From NCBI GenBank assembly GCA_963779415.1, contig CAVZYA010000001.1, positions 768,001 through 832,000 on the forward strand: a stretch of DNA of 64,000 nucleotides. Direction: 5' to 3'. The DNA is from an uncultured Acidobacteriota bacterium (GTDB lineage Bacteria; Acidobacteriota; Thermoanaerobaculia; UBA5066). Shown piece by piece: positions 29,619-39,297 of this stretch (the first letter of the stretch is position 1; the number at the start of each line of letters is the position of its first letter). The notes beneath the pieces are model-generated. The model saw only the letters and a program-made list of their open reading frames with translations, did no database searches and was not told where the DNA came from. Both the position numbers and the translations under genes were made by a program.

Positions 29619-30424
29619 CGGCCTTCGAGTTCTTCCTCTTCTCGACCGACCCGGCGACAGTCTCGAGCCACACCGAGGCCGGCGTCGACGGATTCATCGT
29701 CGACTGGGAGAGCAAGGGGAAGGAGACGCGGCAGTCCGGCGCGGACACGGAGATCAACCACGACACGTCCGAAGATCTCCGGCGGGTGCGGGCCGCGACG
29801 AAGGCCCGCCTCCTGTGCCGCCTGAATCAGCCCGGCCCCTGGACGCCCGGAGAGATCGAGGAGGCCGTCGCCGGCGGGGCCGACGAGCTCCTCCTCCCGA
29901 TGGTGCGGAATCCGAAGGAGGTCCTCGAGGCGATTCGGCTCGCGTCGGGGCGATGTGGCGTCGGCATTCTCGTCGAGACCCTCGATGCCGTCCGCTGCGC
30001 ACACGAGCTGGCCCGCCTCCCGCTCAGCCGCGTCTACGTCGGCCTGAACGATCTCTCCATCGAACGGGGGTCGCGATCGATCTTCGAGTCCCTCACGGAC
30101 GGCCTCGTCGACGGGATTCGGCCGCATTTCACGGTCCCGTTCGGCCTCGCGGGGCTGACCCTTCCGGAGTGCGGGAGGCCGATTCCGTGCCGCCTCCTGA
30201 TCGGCGAGCTGGCCCGACTCTCGTGCCGCTTCAGCTTTCTGCGCCGGTCGTGGCGGCGCGACACGGCCGGACGCGACCCCCGGGTCGAGGTTCCCCGGGT
30301 CAGGGCCGCGATCGAATGCGCCGGAAGGCGGAGCGCAACGGAGATCTCCCGGGATCGCGCGGAGCTGCTCGAGACCGTCGAGGCTGTCGCAGCCGGTGAC
30401 GCGGATCCGAGAGCGATCCCTTGA
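29615..30424 (+). CDS. HpcH/HpaI aldolase / citrate lyase beta family protein
   Basis: 'GVDGFIVDWE..GKETRQ', 'LLLPMV', 'ILVET', 'YVGLNDL'. Confidence 0.7.
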   Translation: MTAFEFFLFSTDPATVSSHTEAGVDGFIVDWESKGKETRQSGADTEINHDTSEDLRRVRAATKARLLCRLNQPGPWTPGEIEEAVAGGADELLLPMVRNPKEVLEAIRLASGRCGVGILVETLDAVRCAHELARLPLSRVYVGLNDLSIERGSRSIFESLTDGLVDGIRPHFTVPFGLAGLTLPECGRPIPCRLLIGELARLSCRFSFLRRSWRRDTAGRDPRVEVPRVRAAIECAGRRSATEISRDRAELLETVEAVAAGDADPRAIP

Positions 30425-31137
30425 CGGGGCCCGGAACGAGTGGCGCCCCTGGAGTGAGGGCGGAGGTCAGCGTCGTACTCCCCGTCTACCGCAACCGGAC
30501 GACGCTGGACGAGCTGCACCGGAAGCTCTCGGCGGCGCTCTCCGGGACGTCCCTGCCGTACGAGCTGATCTTCGTCGACGACGCCTGCCCCGAGGGGTCC
30601 GGTGCCGGGCTCGCCGAGCTCGCGGCGCGCGACTCGCGCGTCCGCGCGATCTCCCTTCCGCGGAACGTCGGACAGCAGCGGGCGGCGTGGCTCGGCCTTT
30701 CGGCCGCGAGCGGCGCCTGGACCGTCGTCATGGACGCGGACCTGCAGGACCCGCCCGAGGCGATTCCGACGCTCCTCTCGGCCGCGGCGCCCGGTGTCGA
30801 CGCCGTCCTCGCGGCCTGGACGGGACGCTACGAAGGGAAGGGACGCCTTCTCACCTCCCGGCTCTTCAAGATCCTTCGCGAGAAGCTGACCGGATATCCG
30901 CGGGACGCCGGGATGTTTTTCGCCCTTCGCCGGCCTCTCGTCGAGGAGATCCTGCGTCACGACGTTCCCCATCCCTTCCTCCCCTCCCTCATCGCCCTTT
31001 CGGGACGACGCTTCGTCACGGTTCCCATCGAGCGGGCGGCCCGCCCCAGCGGCGAATCGGCCTACTCGAAGAGCGCTCTTCTCCTCCGGGCCGCGCGGGA
31101 GATCGCCTACATCATCCGCAGAAGATGGAGCGGGTGA
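30421..31137 (+). CDS. Glycosyltransferase family 2 (GtrB/DPM1-like)
   Basis: 'SVVLPVY', 'IFVDD', 'RNVGQ', 'MDADLQDPPE'. Confidence 0.9.
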   Translation: MTGPGTSGAPGVRAEVSVVLPVYRNRTTLDELHRKLSAALSGTSLPYELIFVDDACPEGSGAGLAELAARDSRVRAISLPRNVGQQRAAWLGLSAASGAWTVVMDADLQDPPEAIPTLLSAAAPGVDAVLAAWTGRYEGKGRLLTSRLFKILREKLTGYPRDAGMFFALRRPLVEEILRHDVPHPFLPSLIALSGRRFVTVPIERAARPSGESAYSKSALLLRAAREIAYIIRRRWSG

Positions 31138-31150
31138 TGGGGATCGAACG
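31120..31150 (-). repeat. att-like copy 1 of the tRNA-Gly 3' end
   Basis: 31126-31149 is identical to tRNA 36814-36837 (24 bp); 31 bp identical to 36497-36527. Confidence 0.9.
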
Positions 31151-31246
31151 AGGGGGCACAACGAGGGAACGAGAACCACTCGAGAAAGGATGCGTCGCGT
31201 CCGCCCTCGTTCCTCCGTTCCCCGGTGCTACCATCCGCCCGGCGCA

Positions 31247-31789
31247 ATGGATCCCGAGTCGAACGCCGCCTCCGGTCCCCCAGGCCCGGATTCCCTCACG
31301 TTCGAGGCGCTCTACGACGAGCTGCACGCGCTCGCGCACCGGCAGATCCGGCGAGCGCGCCCCGGCGAAACCCTGCGCACGACGGCGCTCCTCCACGAGG
31401 CGTACCTCAAGCTCGCTCGCGGCACCTCCGTTAAGGATCGCACGCACTTCTTCTCTCTCGCGGCCCGTGCCATGCGACAGGTTCTCGTCGACCACGCGCG
31501 TAATCACGCGGCATTGAAGCGTGGCGCCGGGCGCCAGATCGCGACGCTCGGGGAGGTCGCATCCGAGGTCGAAACCGATGCCACCGAGCTGATGGCGATC
31601 GACGCCGCCCTCGAGAAGCTGCAGGGCGCGAACAAGCGTCTGGCGCGCGTCGTCGAGCTGCGCTTCTTCGGGGGCCTTTCGGTCGAGGAGACGGCGGAGG
31701 TGCTCGACGCATCGACCGCCACGGTCAAGCGTGACTGGCGGGCGGCGCGGGCGTTCCTGCTGGCGACGCTCTCCCCTCCTCCGCCGTGA
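31247..31789 (+). CDS. ECF-type sigma-70 factor of the kinase-associated (TIGR02999-like) group
   Basis: 'YDELHALA', 'TLRTTALLHEAYLKL', 'AMRQVLVDHAR', 'VVELRFFGGLS', 'TVKRDW..ARA'. Confidence 0.9.
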   Translation: MDPESNAASGPPGPDSLTFEALYDELHALAHRQIRRARPGETLRTTALLHEAYLKLARGTSVKDRTHFFSLAARAMRQVLVDHARNHAALKRGAGRQIATLGEVASEVETDATELMAIDAALEKLQGANKRLARVVELRFFGGLSVEETAEVLDASTATVKRDWRAARAFLLATLSPPPP

Positions 31790-34700
31790 AACCCGACGGA
31801 ACCTGGAGCCGCGCGCTCGAGATCTTCCAGGACGTCGCCGATCTCGAGCCCCGGAGCGCGACCTCCGCGTCGCGGCGGCGTGCGGCGGGGACGAGGTGCT
31901 CCGCCGGCAGGTCGCCGATCTTCTCGCAGCCGATTCGGAGACCCACTCCTCTTTCGACCGAAGCGCCGCAGGGCGCTTCCCGAGCCTGCTCGAAGATGGC
32001 GTCGCCCCTCTCGATCGCTGGATCGGGCGACAGCTGGGCCCCTACCGCATCGTCCGCGAGCTGGGGCACGGCGGGATGGGAGCCGTCTTCCTGGGCGAGC
32101 GCTGCGACGGACAGTTCGAGCAGCGCGTGGCGCTGAAGGTCGCGCGACTCGGCCTCGCCGGCGACGAGGCCCTCCGGCGTTTTCTCGCGGAACGCCGGAT
32201 CCTCGCCGGGCTCGAGCACCCGCAGATCGCCCGCCTGCTCGACGGCGGCGTGACGCCCGAGGGCCTTCCGTTCTTCGCGATGGAGTACGTCGATGGAGTC
32301 CCGATCGGGGATTACTGCGACGAGCGACATCTCTCTCTTCCGCAGCGCATCGAGCTGTTCCTCGGCGTCTGCGCGGCGGTCGATCACGCCCACCACCGCC
32401 TCGTGGTGCACCGCGACCTGAAGCCTTCGAACATCTTCGTGACCGCGGGCGGCGACGTGAAACTCCTCGACTTCGGGATCGCGAAGCTCCTCGGCGCTGA
32501 CGACGAAAGCACCCGTACGCTCGAGCGCCGCCTGACCCCGGCCTATGCCGCGCCCGAACAGATCCGCGGCGAGCCGGTCACGACGGCGACCGACGTCTGG
32601 GCGCTGGGTGTCGTGCTCTACGAGTTGCTCGTCGGGCGCCGGCCGTTCTCGGGCCGAGGGGTGCCGGAAGAGGGCGCTCTCGCCGCGGTCGCCGAGGAGC
32701 CGGCGCGGCCCAGCACGGCGGTGGCGACCGCCGAGCCCGGTGCCCCATCTCGTCGCCGGCGCCGCCGCGCCCTGCGCGGCGACCTCGACACCATCCTCCT
32801 CACCGCCCTGCGAGAGGAGCCTGATCGCCGGTATTCCTCGGCCGCGGCGCTCGGCGAGGACCTCCGGCGGCACCTTGCCTTCCTGCCGATTCGCGCCCGG
32901 CCGGACGGATTCCGCTACCGCGCCGGGAAGTTCGCCGCGCGCCATCGATGGACCCTCGCTATCGCCGCGACGCTCCTCCTCGCGCTCGTCGCCGCTCTCG
33001 GAGCGGCGCTCCATCAGGCACGGGCCAAGGCCCGCGAGGCGCGCGCCTCCCAGGAGGTGACCTCGTTCCTCGTCCGTTTGTTCGAAGGCTCGGATCCGAC
33101 CCTCGCGCGGGGGGCGTCGCTCACCGCACAGGAGCTCCTCGACGAGGGCGTCGACCGCCTGCGATCCGACCTCGCCGCCGAGCCGGAGGTGCGCGCCCGT
33201 CTCCTCCACGCCATGGTGGCGTCGTACGTCGCGCTCGGCCTCTACGAACGTGCGCTGCCGCTCGCCAGGGAAGAGTTGCAGCTGCGCCGTCAGACGTTTC
33301 CGGCCCGGAGCGCGGAGGTCGCCGACAGCATGGACCAGCTCGGCGAGCTCTTCCGTCTCGAGGCGGACTTTGCCGGTGCGGACCCGTTGCTCCGCGGCGC
33401 GCTGGCGGCACGTCGCGCGAGCCTCGATCCGGACGATCCGGCCGTGATCCAGAGCCTCGGCCACCTCGGCCGGCTGTTCGAGGACGAAGGCGAGTTCGCG
33501 CGCGCCGAGGGCCCGTTCCGCGAGGCTCTCGCCGCGAGCGAGCGGCGCTTCGGAGCAAGCTCCCCCGAGAGCGCGGGTCGCCTCGACGACTTCGCCACCA
33601 ACCAGTCGGACCTCGGCCGGGAGTCGAAGGCGATCGAGCTTCTGCGACAGGCGCTGGCGATCCGCGAGAGGGCGCTCGGTCCGGAGGCGCTCGGGGTCGC
33701 CGGCTCGCTGCACAACCTCGGCCTCCAGCTCGACGGCGCCGGCATCTACCGGGAGGCGGCCTCCGTCCTCGAACGTGCGCTCGCGATCCGGCGGAAGGTC
33801 CTCGGGCCCGCACATCCGCTCGTCGGCGCGACCCAGACCGCCCTCGCCGGCGTCTACGACGACCAGGACCGCCTCGACGAAGCCGAGGAGACCGCCGGGA
33901 GAGCGCTCGAGGTCCTTCGCCGCGCGCTGCCCGGGGATCACCCGAAGGTCAGCGAGGCGCTCAACATGCTCGGGGTCATCCGCACCTCGCGTCGCGACTT
34001 CGCCGGCGCCGTTTTGGTCTTCCGGGAGCTGCTCGCACGCTACGAGCGGGTCTCGGGAGAGAACCATCCCGACACGCTCGCGGTCGAGAACAATCTCGCG
34101 GTCACGCTGCTCCACGCCGGGCACGCCCCCGAGGCGGAGTCGCTCGAGCGGGAGATCCTGACGCGGCTGCGCGAGGACAACGGTCAGCCCACCGGAGCCC
34201 TGACGCGACAGAACCTCGCCACGACGCTCGAGCAGGAGGGGAAGCCTCGCGAGGCTCTCGAGTTGGCGCGGCAGGCGCTGGCGCTGCAGCGGCGGCGCGA
34301 GGGCGAGACCTCCGGAAACGTCGCCGTGGCCCTGCGCGTCGTGGCCGTCGCCGAGGAGATGTGCGGCGAAGCGAGACTCGCGGAGCAGGACTTCCGCGCG
34401 AGTCTCCGACTCGGAGAGGAGCTCGCGCCCTCCCGCGGCAACGCGACGTGGGAATGGAGGATCCCGCTGGCCGACTTCCTCGTCGGGGAGGGTCGCTGTT
34501 CCGAGGCTTTGCCGCTCCTCACGAGCGCGCTCGCCGAGATCGACGCGGCCCGTCGTCCCGTCGACCCGATCTGGCGGCTCCAGGCGCAGCTGCTGCAGGC
34601 GCACTGCGCACGGCCCTCTGGCGCGGAAGCCAACGCCGCCAAGGCGGTCCGCGCGGCCCTGCGCGCCATGCCGGCGGTCGAGGTCGATCTCTACCCCACC

Positions 34701-34805
34701 GCGACGGCCCTGCTCTCCGCCCGCGAGACGCCTCGCGCTCCGGCCAGAAAGCCCGCGCCCCGCCCCCCCGTCGGCGGCCACGGCGGAGGACCTCGCGGTC
34801 GATGA
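31786..34805 (+). CDS. Membrane Ser/Thr protein kinase with TPR repeats (apparent frameshift near 31850)
   Basis: 'LGHGGMGAV', 'VALK', 'HRDLKPSN', 'DFGIAK', 'YAAPEQ', a TM helix, then kinesin-light-chain-like TPRs. The N-terminus is in frame 31786..32136. Confidence 0.9.
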
Positions 34806-34893
34806 TCCCGGTATCGCCCCTTTTCCGTTTCTCTGGATAGCGGCAAACCTCGCGTTCCGGGCGGGGGGGCCGAAGGAGACGGGAGGTTTTCAC

Positions 34894-36462
34894 ATGGAAA
34901 CGTCGAACGAGAGGGTCGAATCCAGGAAGACTGTCGGCGCGCGTCTGGCCGCTCGCGGTGCCGTCGCCATCGTGGGGGTGCTTCTCGCGGGCAAGGCGGC
35001 GGGACAGGCGGAGACCTACATCCTGCCGTCGTCCGCTTACAGCCTGGGAGCGGGGGGAGCCGAATTCCAATCGGACGTCCGTCTGCTCAACGTCACCCGG
35101 TCACCGGTGACGGTCACGGCGACGTTCTACGACCAGGCGAACGGCGCGACCGTGCCGGCTTCGCCATTCACGATCCCGGCGCGGAGCCAGGCCTCCTACA
35201 ACAACATCCTCAGCACCCTCTTCGGGGACGGCCTGGGATCGTACGGACCGATCCGGTTCGAGGCGAGCGGGGCGCTCCTCGTCTGGTCGAACGTGGACAA
35301 CGTGAACGCCTGCGGGACGGGGGCGGTCTCGGGCCAATTGATCCCGGCGGTCGACGCCTCTCAAGCCCTGCGGGCGGGGATCATGGGCCAGCTCGCGCTC
35401 AGCGCCAGCTCGACGACGGGCTACCGGACAAACGTCGTCTTCATGAACCCGGGGACCGCCGCCGCCACGGTGACGGCGACCCTGCGGCGCGGGGACGGGT
35501 CGTCGATCGGGACGGTGACCTACCCGGCGCTCCCCGCCGACGGGTTCCGGCAGGTTGCCCTCGGCAGCGGCTTCCCCGGCGCCTCCGGGATGACGGACAC
35601 GAACCTCTTTCTCGAGTTCACGAGCAATCAGCCGGTCCTCTCCTTCGCGTCGGTCATCAACAACGCTTCGGGCGACCCGTTCGCGATCATGGCGTCGGCG
35701 GACACGGCCAGCCAGGAATTGACCGTGACGCTGCCCGGCGGCGTGCCACTCGTGATGGAGACGATCCCGAACGGGACGTTCGCGATGGGATCGCCGGTCA
35801 CGGAGCGGAACCGCGGGAGCGACGAGACGCAGCACCAGGTGACGATCACGAAGTCCTTCTACATCGGGAAGACCGCCGTGACGCAGGCGCAGTGGAAGGC
35901 CGTGATGGGGAGCAACCCGAGCTATTTCTCCAGCTGCGGAGACAGCTGCCCCGTCGAGAACGTCTCCTGGAACGACATCGCGGGGAGCGGAGGGTTCCTG
36001 CAGAAGCTGAACGCGGCGCTCGGGCTCAGCGGAGCATCCGCCTTCCGGCTCCCCACGGAGGCGGAGTGGGAGTGGGCGGCGCGCGGAAACACGACGACCC
36101 GGTTCTCCTTCGGGGACGCGCTGGACTGCGACGACCAGTGCGGCTCGTGCAGCGCGGACTCCTGGGTCTGGTGGTGCGCGAACTCGGGCAACGCGACGCA
36201 CGCGGCGGGACTGAAGCAGCCAAACCCCTACGGTCTGTACGACGTGCACGGCAACATCCGGGAGTGGGTGCAGGACTGGTACGGCGCCTACCCGACGGCG
36301 GCCGTGACGGATCCCGCGGGACCCGCGTCGGGCGGGAGCCGTGTCGTTCGGGGCGGCAGCTGGGACACCGAACTCCAGAACTGCCGGTCGGCGTACCGCG
36401 GAGTCGCCGTCCCCGACTACCGCGATAACGCGTACGGGTTCCGCCTCGCCAAGTCACAGTGA
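34894..36462 (+). CDS. Secreted protein with a C-terminal FGE-sulfatase (SUMF1/CLec-fold) domain
   Basis: 'GTFAMGS', 'VTQAQW', 'PVENVSW', 'RLPTEAEWEWAAR', 'GLYDVHGNIREW', 'RGGSW', 'GFRLA'. Confidence 0.88.
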   Translation: METSNERVESRKTVGARLAARGAVAIVGVLLAGKAAGQAETYILPSSAYSLGAGGAEFQSDVRLLNVTRSPVTVTATFYDQANGATVPASPFTIPARSQASYNNILSTLFGDGLGSYGPIRFEASGALLVWSNVDNVNACGTGAVSGQLIPAVDASQALRAGIMGQLALSASSTTGYRTNVVFMNPGTAAATVTATLRRGDGSSIGTVTYPALPADGFRQVALGSGFPGASGMTDTNLFLEFTSNQPVLSFASVINNASGDPFAIMASADTASQELTVTLPGGVPLVMETIPNGTFAMGSPVTERNRGSDETQHQVTITKSFYIGKTAVTQAQWKAVMGSNPSYFSSCGDSCPVENVSWNDIAGSGGFLQKLNAALGLSGASAFRLPTEAEWEWAARGNTTTRFSFGDALDCDDQCGSCSADSWVWWCANSGNATHAAGLKQPNPYGLYDVHGNIREWVQDWYGAYPTAAVTDPAGPASGGSRVVRGGSWDTELQNCRSAYRGVAVPDYRDNAYGFRLAKSQ

Positions 36463-36496
36463 ATCGCCCCGGCTTCTCTGGAGACTCCAACGTTTG

Positions 36497-36527
36497 AGAA
36501 GATGGAGCGGGTGATGGGGATCGAACG
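36497..36527 (-). repeat. att-like copy 2 of the tRNA-Gly 3' end
   Basis: agaagatggagcgggtgatggggatcgaacg, identical to 31120-31150. Confidence 0.9.
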
Positions 36528-36529
36528 CG

Positions 36530-36772
36530 GACGCCACCGCTTTCCTCGTCGATCTGCTCGATCCGACCGGACCCGTGGTGCGCGTCAACGTCACGATTCC
36601 GAAGGCCGACCTCCGGACGATCGACGCCTTCGCGAAGGACCACGGACTCACGCGATCGGGTCTTCTGACGCGCGGAGCGCTTCGGCTCGTTCGAGACGAA
36701 AGCCGGAGCGCCACGCACGGGCTTCCGAAGAACGCGGACGTGCACGCGCGAAAGCGCTCGACGGGGCGCTGA
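36530..36772 (+). pseudogene. HicB-like antitoxin C-terminal (ribbon-helix-helix) remnant
   Basis: 'VRVNVTIPKADLRTIDAFAKDHGLTRSGLL' resembles the HicB RHH domain; no N-terminal domain after the att copy. Confidence 0.55.
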
Positions 36773-36813
36773 CGGAGCAGGCCCAAGGCCTCAATTCCGT
36801 CAGAGAGAGAAGT

Positions 36814-36888
36814 TGGAGCGGGTGATGGGGATCGAACCCACGACATTCAGCTTGGGAAGCTGACGTTCTGCCGCTGAACTACACCCGC
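36814..36888 (-). tRNA. tRNA-Gly (CCC)
   Basis: GCGGGTG/CACCCGC acceptor stem, TCAGC-TTCCCAA-GCTGA anticodon arm, GTTCGA T-loop, encoded CCA. Confidence 0.97.
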
Positions 36889-36894
36889 TCGAAT

Positions 36895-37150
36895 GACTTA
36901 CGGTTCCGACGCCCCCGGCCACTGTTCGTACCGAGTTCGCGGCACCGCGCGAGAACGCTACCACAGCACGCTCAGACGCGCGAGCGTACCTATCCACGAG
37001 CCGCGTAGAAGCGTGACCGAGCATCGAGGCGAGAACGAACGGCGAAGCTCCCGCGTCAGCCCACGCGCTCCCCGCTGAGTGCCGAAGATCGTGGAAGCGG
37101 AAGCGACGCGTGATCTTCGCGCCCTCCTTAGTCACGGGGCGCGCGAGATT
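36895..37150 (-). pseudogene. Tyrosine recombinase C-terminal remnant
   Basis: 'FRFHDLRHSAGS..LASMLGHASTRLVDRYA' carries the H-x-x-R, LGH and catalytic Y motifs; N-terminal part absent. Confidence 0.8.
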
Positions 37151-37471
37151 CGACCGGACGCCCCTCAGGAAACCGAAATAGACAAGCTCACCGATGAGCT
37201 TCGAGGCAAGTACGGCGGGAAATTCTCGTTCTCCGCGTGTATCCGTTATCTGCTCGATCTCAGGATCAGGACGCACCGCGCTGGTCGACGCGGCGTTGCG
37301 CCGGGTGCTGGGGCGAGTCCGGACTCCTCAGGGGCCGCGACGTCGATCTCGTTTCCCCTCCGAGCCGACTTCCTCGTTCCGGTCTCGTTACCTCGGGATC
37401 TGACGGTCGCGGAAGCAAAGCGGCTCGGGGCGTTTCTCTTGACGCTGGCGGCAGACTTCAAGGCGGAATAA
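37079..37471 (+). CDS. Hypothetical mobile-element protein or fragment
   Basis: Protein-like C-terminus 'FPLRADFLVPVSLPRDLTVAEAKRLGAFL'; start uncertain, overlaps the integrase remnant. Confidence 0.4.
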   Translation: MPKIVEAEATRDLRALLSHGAREIRPDAPQETEIDKLTDELRGKYGGKFSFSACIRYLLDLRIRTHRAGRRGVAPGAGASPDSSGAATSISFPLRADFLVPVSLPRDLTVAEAKRLGAFLLTLAADFKAE

Positions 37472-37576
37472 GCGCCTCAGGCCTGGAACGGCGGTCCAGG
37501 CGCCCGGTCTCGTCCGCTGCGGCGCTGACGGCGCGCTGAACAGGCGCGCGGTGCTCCCCGTAAGGATGGAACTAGA

Positions 37577-37894
37577 TCAGAAGGGCACTCTTGATGCCGC
37601 GGCGCGCCTGAGAGCGGCTTTCGCCTTGAAGTAGGCCCAGACGTTCTGAACCGTGTAGACGGGCGTGAAAAGGGCTGAGCCGAGACTCCACCAACCGAAC
37701 AGGAGGTTGTTTGTCGTGAAGCTTCTAAAGTGGTGGCGTAAGCACGCATCGCATAGCAGGGCATCGAGGTGCTTCTCGTATCGGGCGATGAGAGCGCCCT
37801 TCGTCTGGCTCAGGGACACGAACACGGTCGGAACGCGCGCTCCGCACGACATGCAGGGCCGAAGATCCTCCGAGCTATCGACTGATGTAGACAT
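37577..37894 (-). CDS. Small hypothetical protein with two CxxC motifs and a hydrophobic segment
   Basis: CMSC..CDAC and 'NNLLFGWWSLGSALFTP'; lower GC. Confidence 0.65.
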   Translation of the reverse strand: MSTSVDSSEDLRPCMSCGARVPTVFVSLSQTKGALIARYEKHLDALLCDACLRHHFRSFTTNNLLFGWWSLGSALFTPVYTVQNVWAYFKAKAALRRAAASRVPF

Positions 37895-37949
37895 AATCTT
37901 CCGGTTCTCTAGGACGATTTTTGCCTTTGCGCTTAGCGCGTGAGGATAC

Positions 37950-37979
37950 CGCGTTCAGCGGCGAGCGGAGCGAGGCCGC
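37950..37979. repeat. attC-like repeat, copy A
   Basis: cgcgttcagcggcgagcggagcgag(g)ccgc, 29/30 identical to 40617-40646; lies just downstream of the 38021..39109 gene. Confidence 0.65.
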
Positions 37980-38020
37980 GGCACGCGCGTGTCAGTCCTC
38001 GGCCCGTTGCTGGTTCTCGT

Positions 38021-39109
38021 TCACCTTCCGTGAAGTAGCAGCCATCCGCATCCGCACAGAACTGCGGCGAGAACAAACAGAATCATGGGACTCAGGGCGG
38101 GTATCGGGGTAGCGGCGAGTGGGCCTCCGGATAGCCGCCCCAGTCGACTGGCCACCTCCGTGAACCAGATTGCGCCGTCTCGGCCCACGGTAATTCCCAC
38201 CGGTTCGGACTGTGGCTGAGGAAGGGCAAACGCCGTCAGACTGCCCGCCGTCGTGATGCGGCCGATCTCGTTCGCCCCTTCGTCTGTGAACCACATGGCC
38301 CCGTCCGGGCCTTGAACGATGTCGACAACGCCAGTTGACGCAGGATTCGTAAGCGGAAACTCGGACACTTGCCCACCGACGCCGACCCTCACGACGCTAT
38401 GCGCCTGACCGTAGTTGATCTGTGCACCGAGCCAGAGACTCCCGTCCGGGCCCGCAGCGATGCTGCCATTTGGTTCGGGAGGATTGGGAAGCTTGTAGGA
38501 CAGGAACCCACGGCCACCTGTGTCCAGTCGGCCAACCCCGTTCCCTGAGAACCAAAGCGCCCCATCAGGCCCAACGGTGATCGAATGCGGAAAGAAGCCA
38601 GAAGGAAGCGGATATTCAGTGACCGCGCCTGTCAGAGTCAGTCGACCAATTTGATTCGATAAAGGGTCCGTAAACCAAAGCGCACCGTCAGGCCCGAGAG
38701 TTAGGTCCGCTGCTATGGAGCCCGGAGGAAGAGGAAAGGTCGAGACTGCCCCTGTGGTCACCGAAACACGCACGATCGGGCCGGAGCTCCCGCACCACAT
38801 GCCGCCGTCCCGCGCATCCGCGCAGTGCCCCGGGGTCGCGCCGGGGAACCCTACGGGGGTTTGGAACATCGTCTCAACCCCAGCGGGCGTTATCCGACCC
38901 ATCAGCGACGTTCCCGCATACCACGTCCAGAAGTTGCCGTCTGACCCTACGGTGATCGGAATCGGATTGAATGACACCGGAAATTCCGTTATCTGAGCGG
39001 GCGTCTGCCCAACGACGGCGGCAGCCATAGGGAAAAGTAGACCTAGGACCGCGACCGAACGGGCGAGCCGGTGAGTTGGTTTGGCGCGGAGGTTGGGTCG
39101 CCTATTCAT
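38021..39109 (-). CDS. Vgb (virginiamycin B lyase)-like beta-propeller surface protein with an IPTL-CTERM-like tail
   Basis: Repeated 'ITVGPDGALWFT..IGRIT'; signal peptide; C-terminal 'PIPALSPMILFVLAAVLCGCGWLLLHGR'. Confidence 0.85.
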   Translation of the reverse strand: MNRRPNLRAKPTHRLARSVAVLGLLFPMAAAVVGQTPAQITEFPVSFNPIPITVGSDGNFWTWYAGTSLMGRITPAGVETMFQTPVGFPGATPGHCADARDGGMWCGSSGPIVRVSVTTGAVSTFPLPPGSIAADLTLGPDGALWFTDPLSNQIGRLTLTGAVTEYPLPSGFFPHSITVGPDGALWFSGNGVGRLDTGGRGFLSYKLPNPPEPNGSIAAGPDGSLWLGAQINYGQAHSVVRVGVGGQVSEFPLTNPASTGVVDIVQGPDGAMWFTDEGANEIGRITTAGSLTAFALPQPQSEPVGITVGRDGAIWFTEVASRLGRLSGGPLAATPIPALSPMILFVLAAVLCGCGWLLLHGR

Positions 39110-39297
39110 CGTGTCACCCCGAAATCGAGTGTAAGCCTCGCCGGTATGCCCTACTCGCCCTTTCGACTCCTAACGATATCGTTTCAATGAAGACGAAGAA
39201 AGGGCTGTCCTCGCCGACGTGGTCCCGATGAAATCGGGCCACAAGGACTGACGGGGTCAACCTCGAAGAGGTGCCCCAAGCAAGGGAGGACAGCCCG

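Noticed and set aside
36895-37150. Integrase remnant as an integron integrase (IntI)
   Set aside because: Too little remains to see the IntI-specific insertion, and its position next to a tRNA att site fits an island or phage integrase better
38021-39109. Functional streptogramin B resistance gene
   Set aside because: The signal peptide and membrane sorting tail indicate a surface propeller; catalytic residues were not verified
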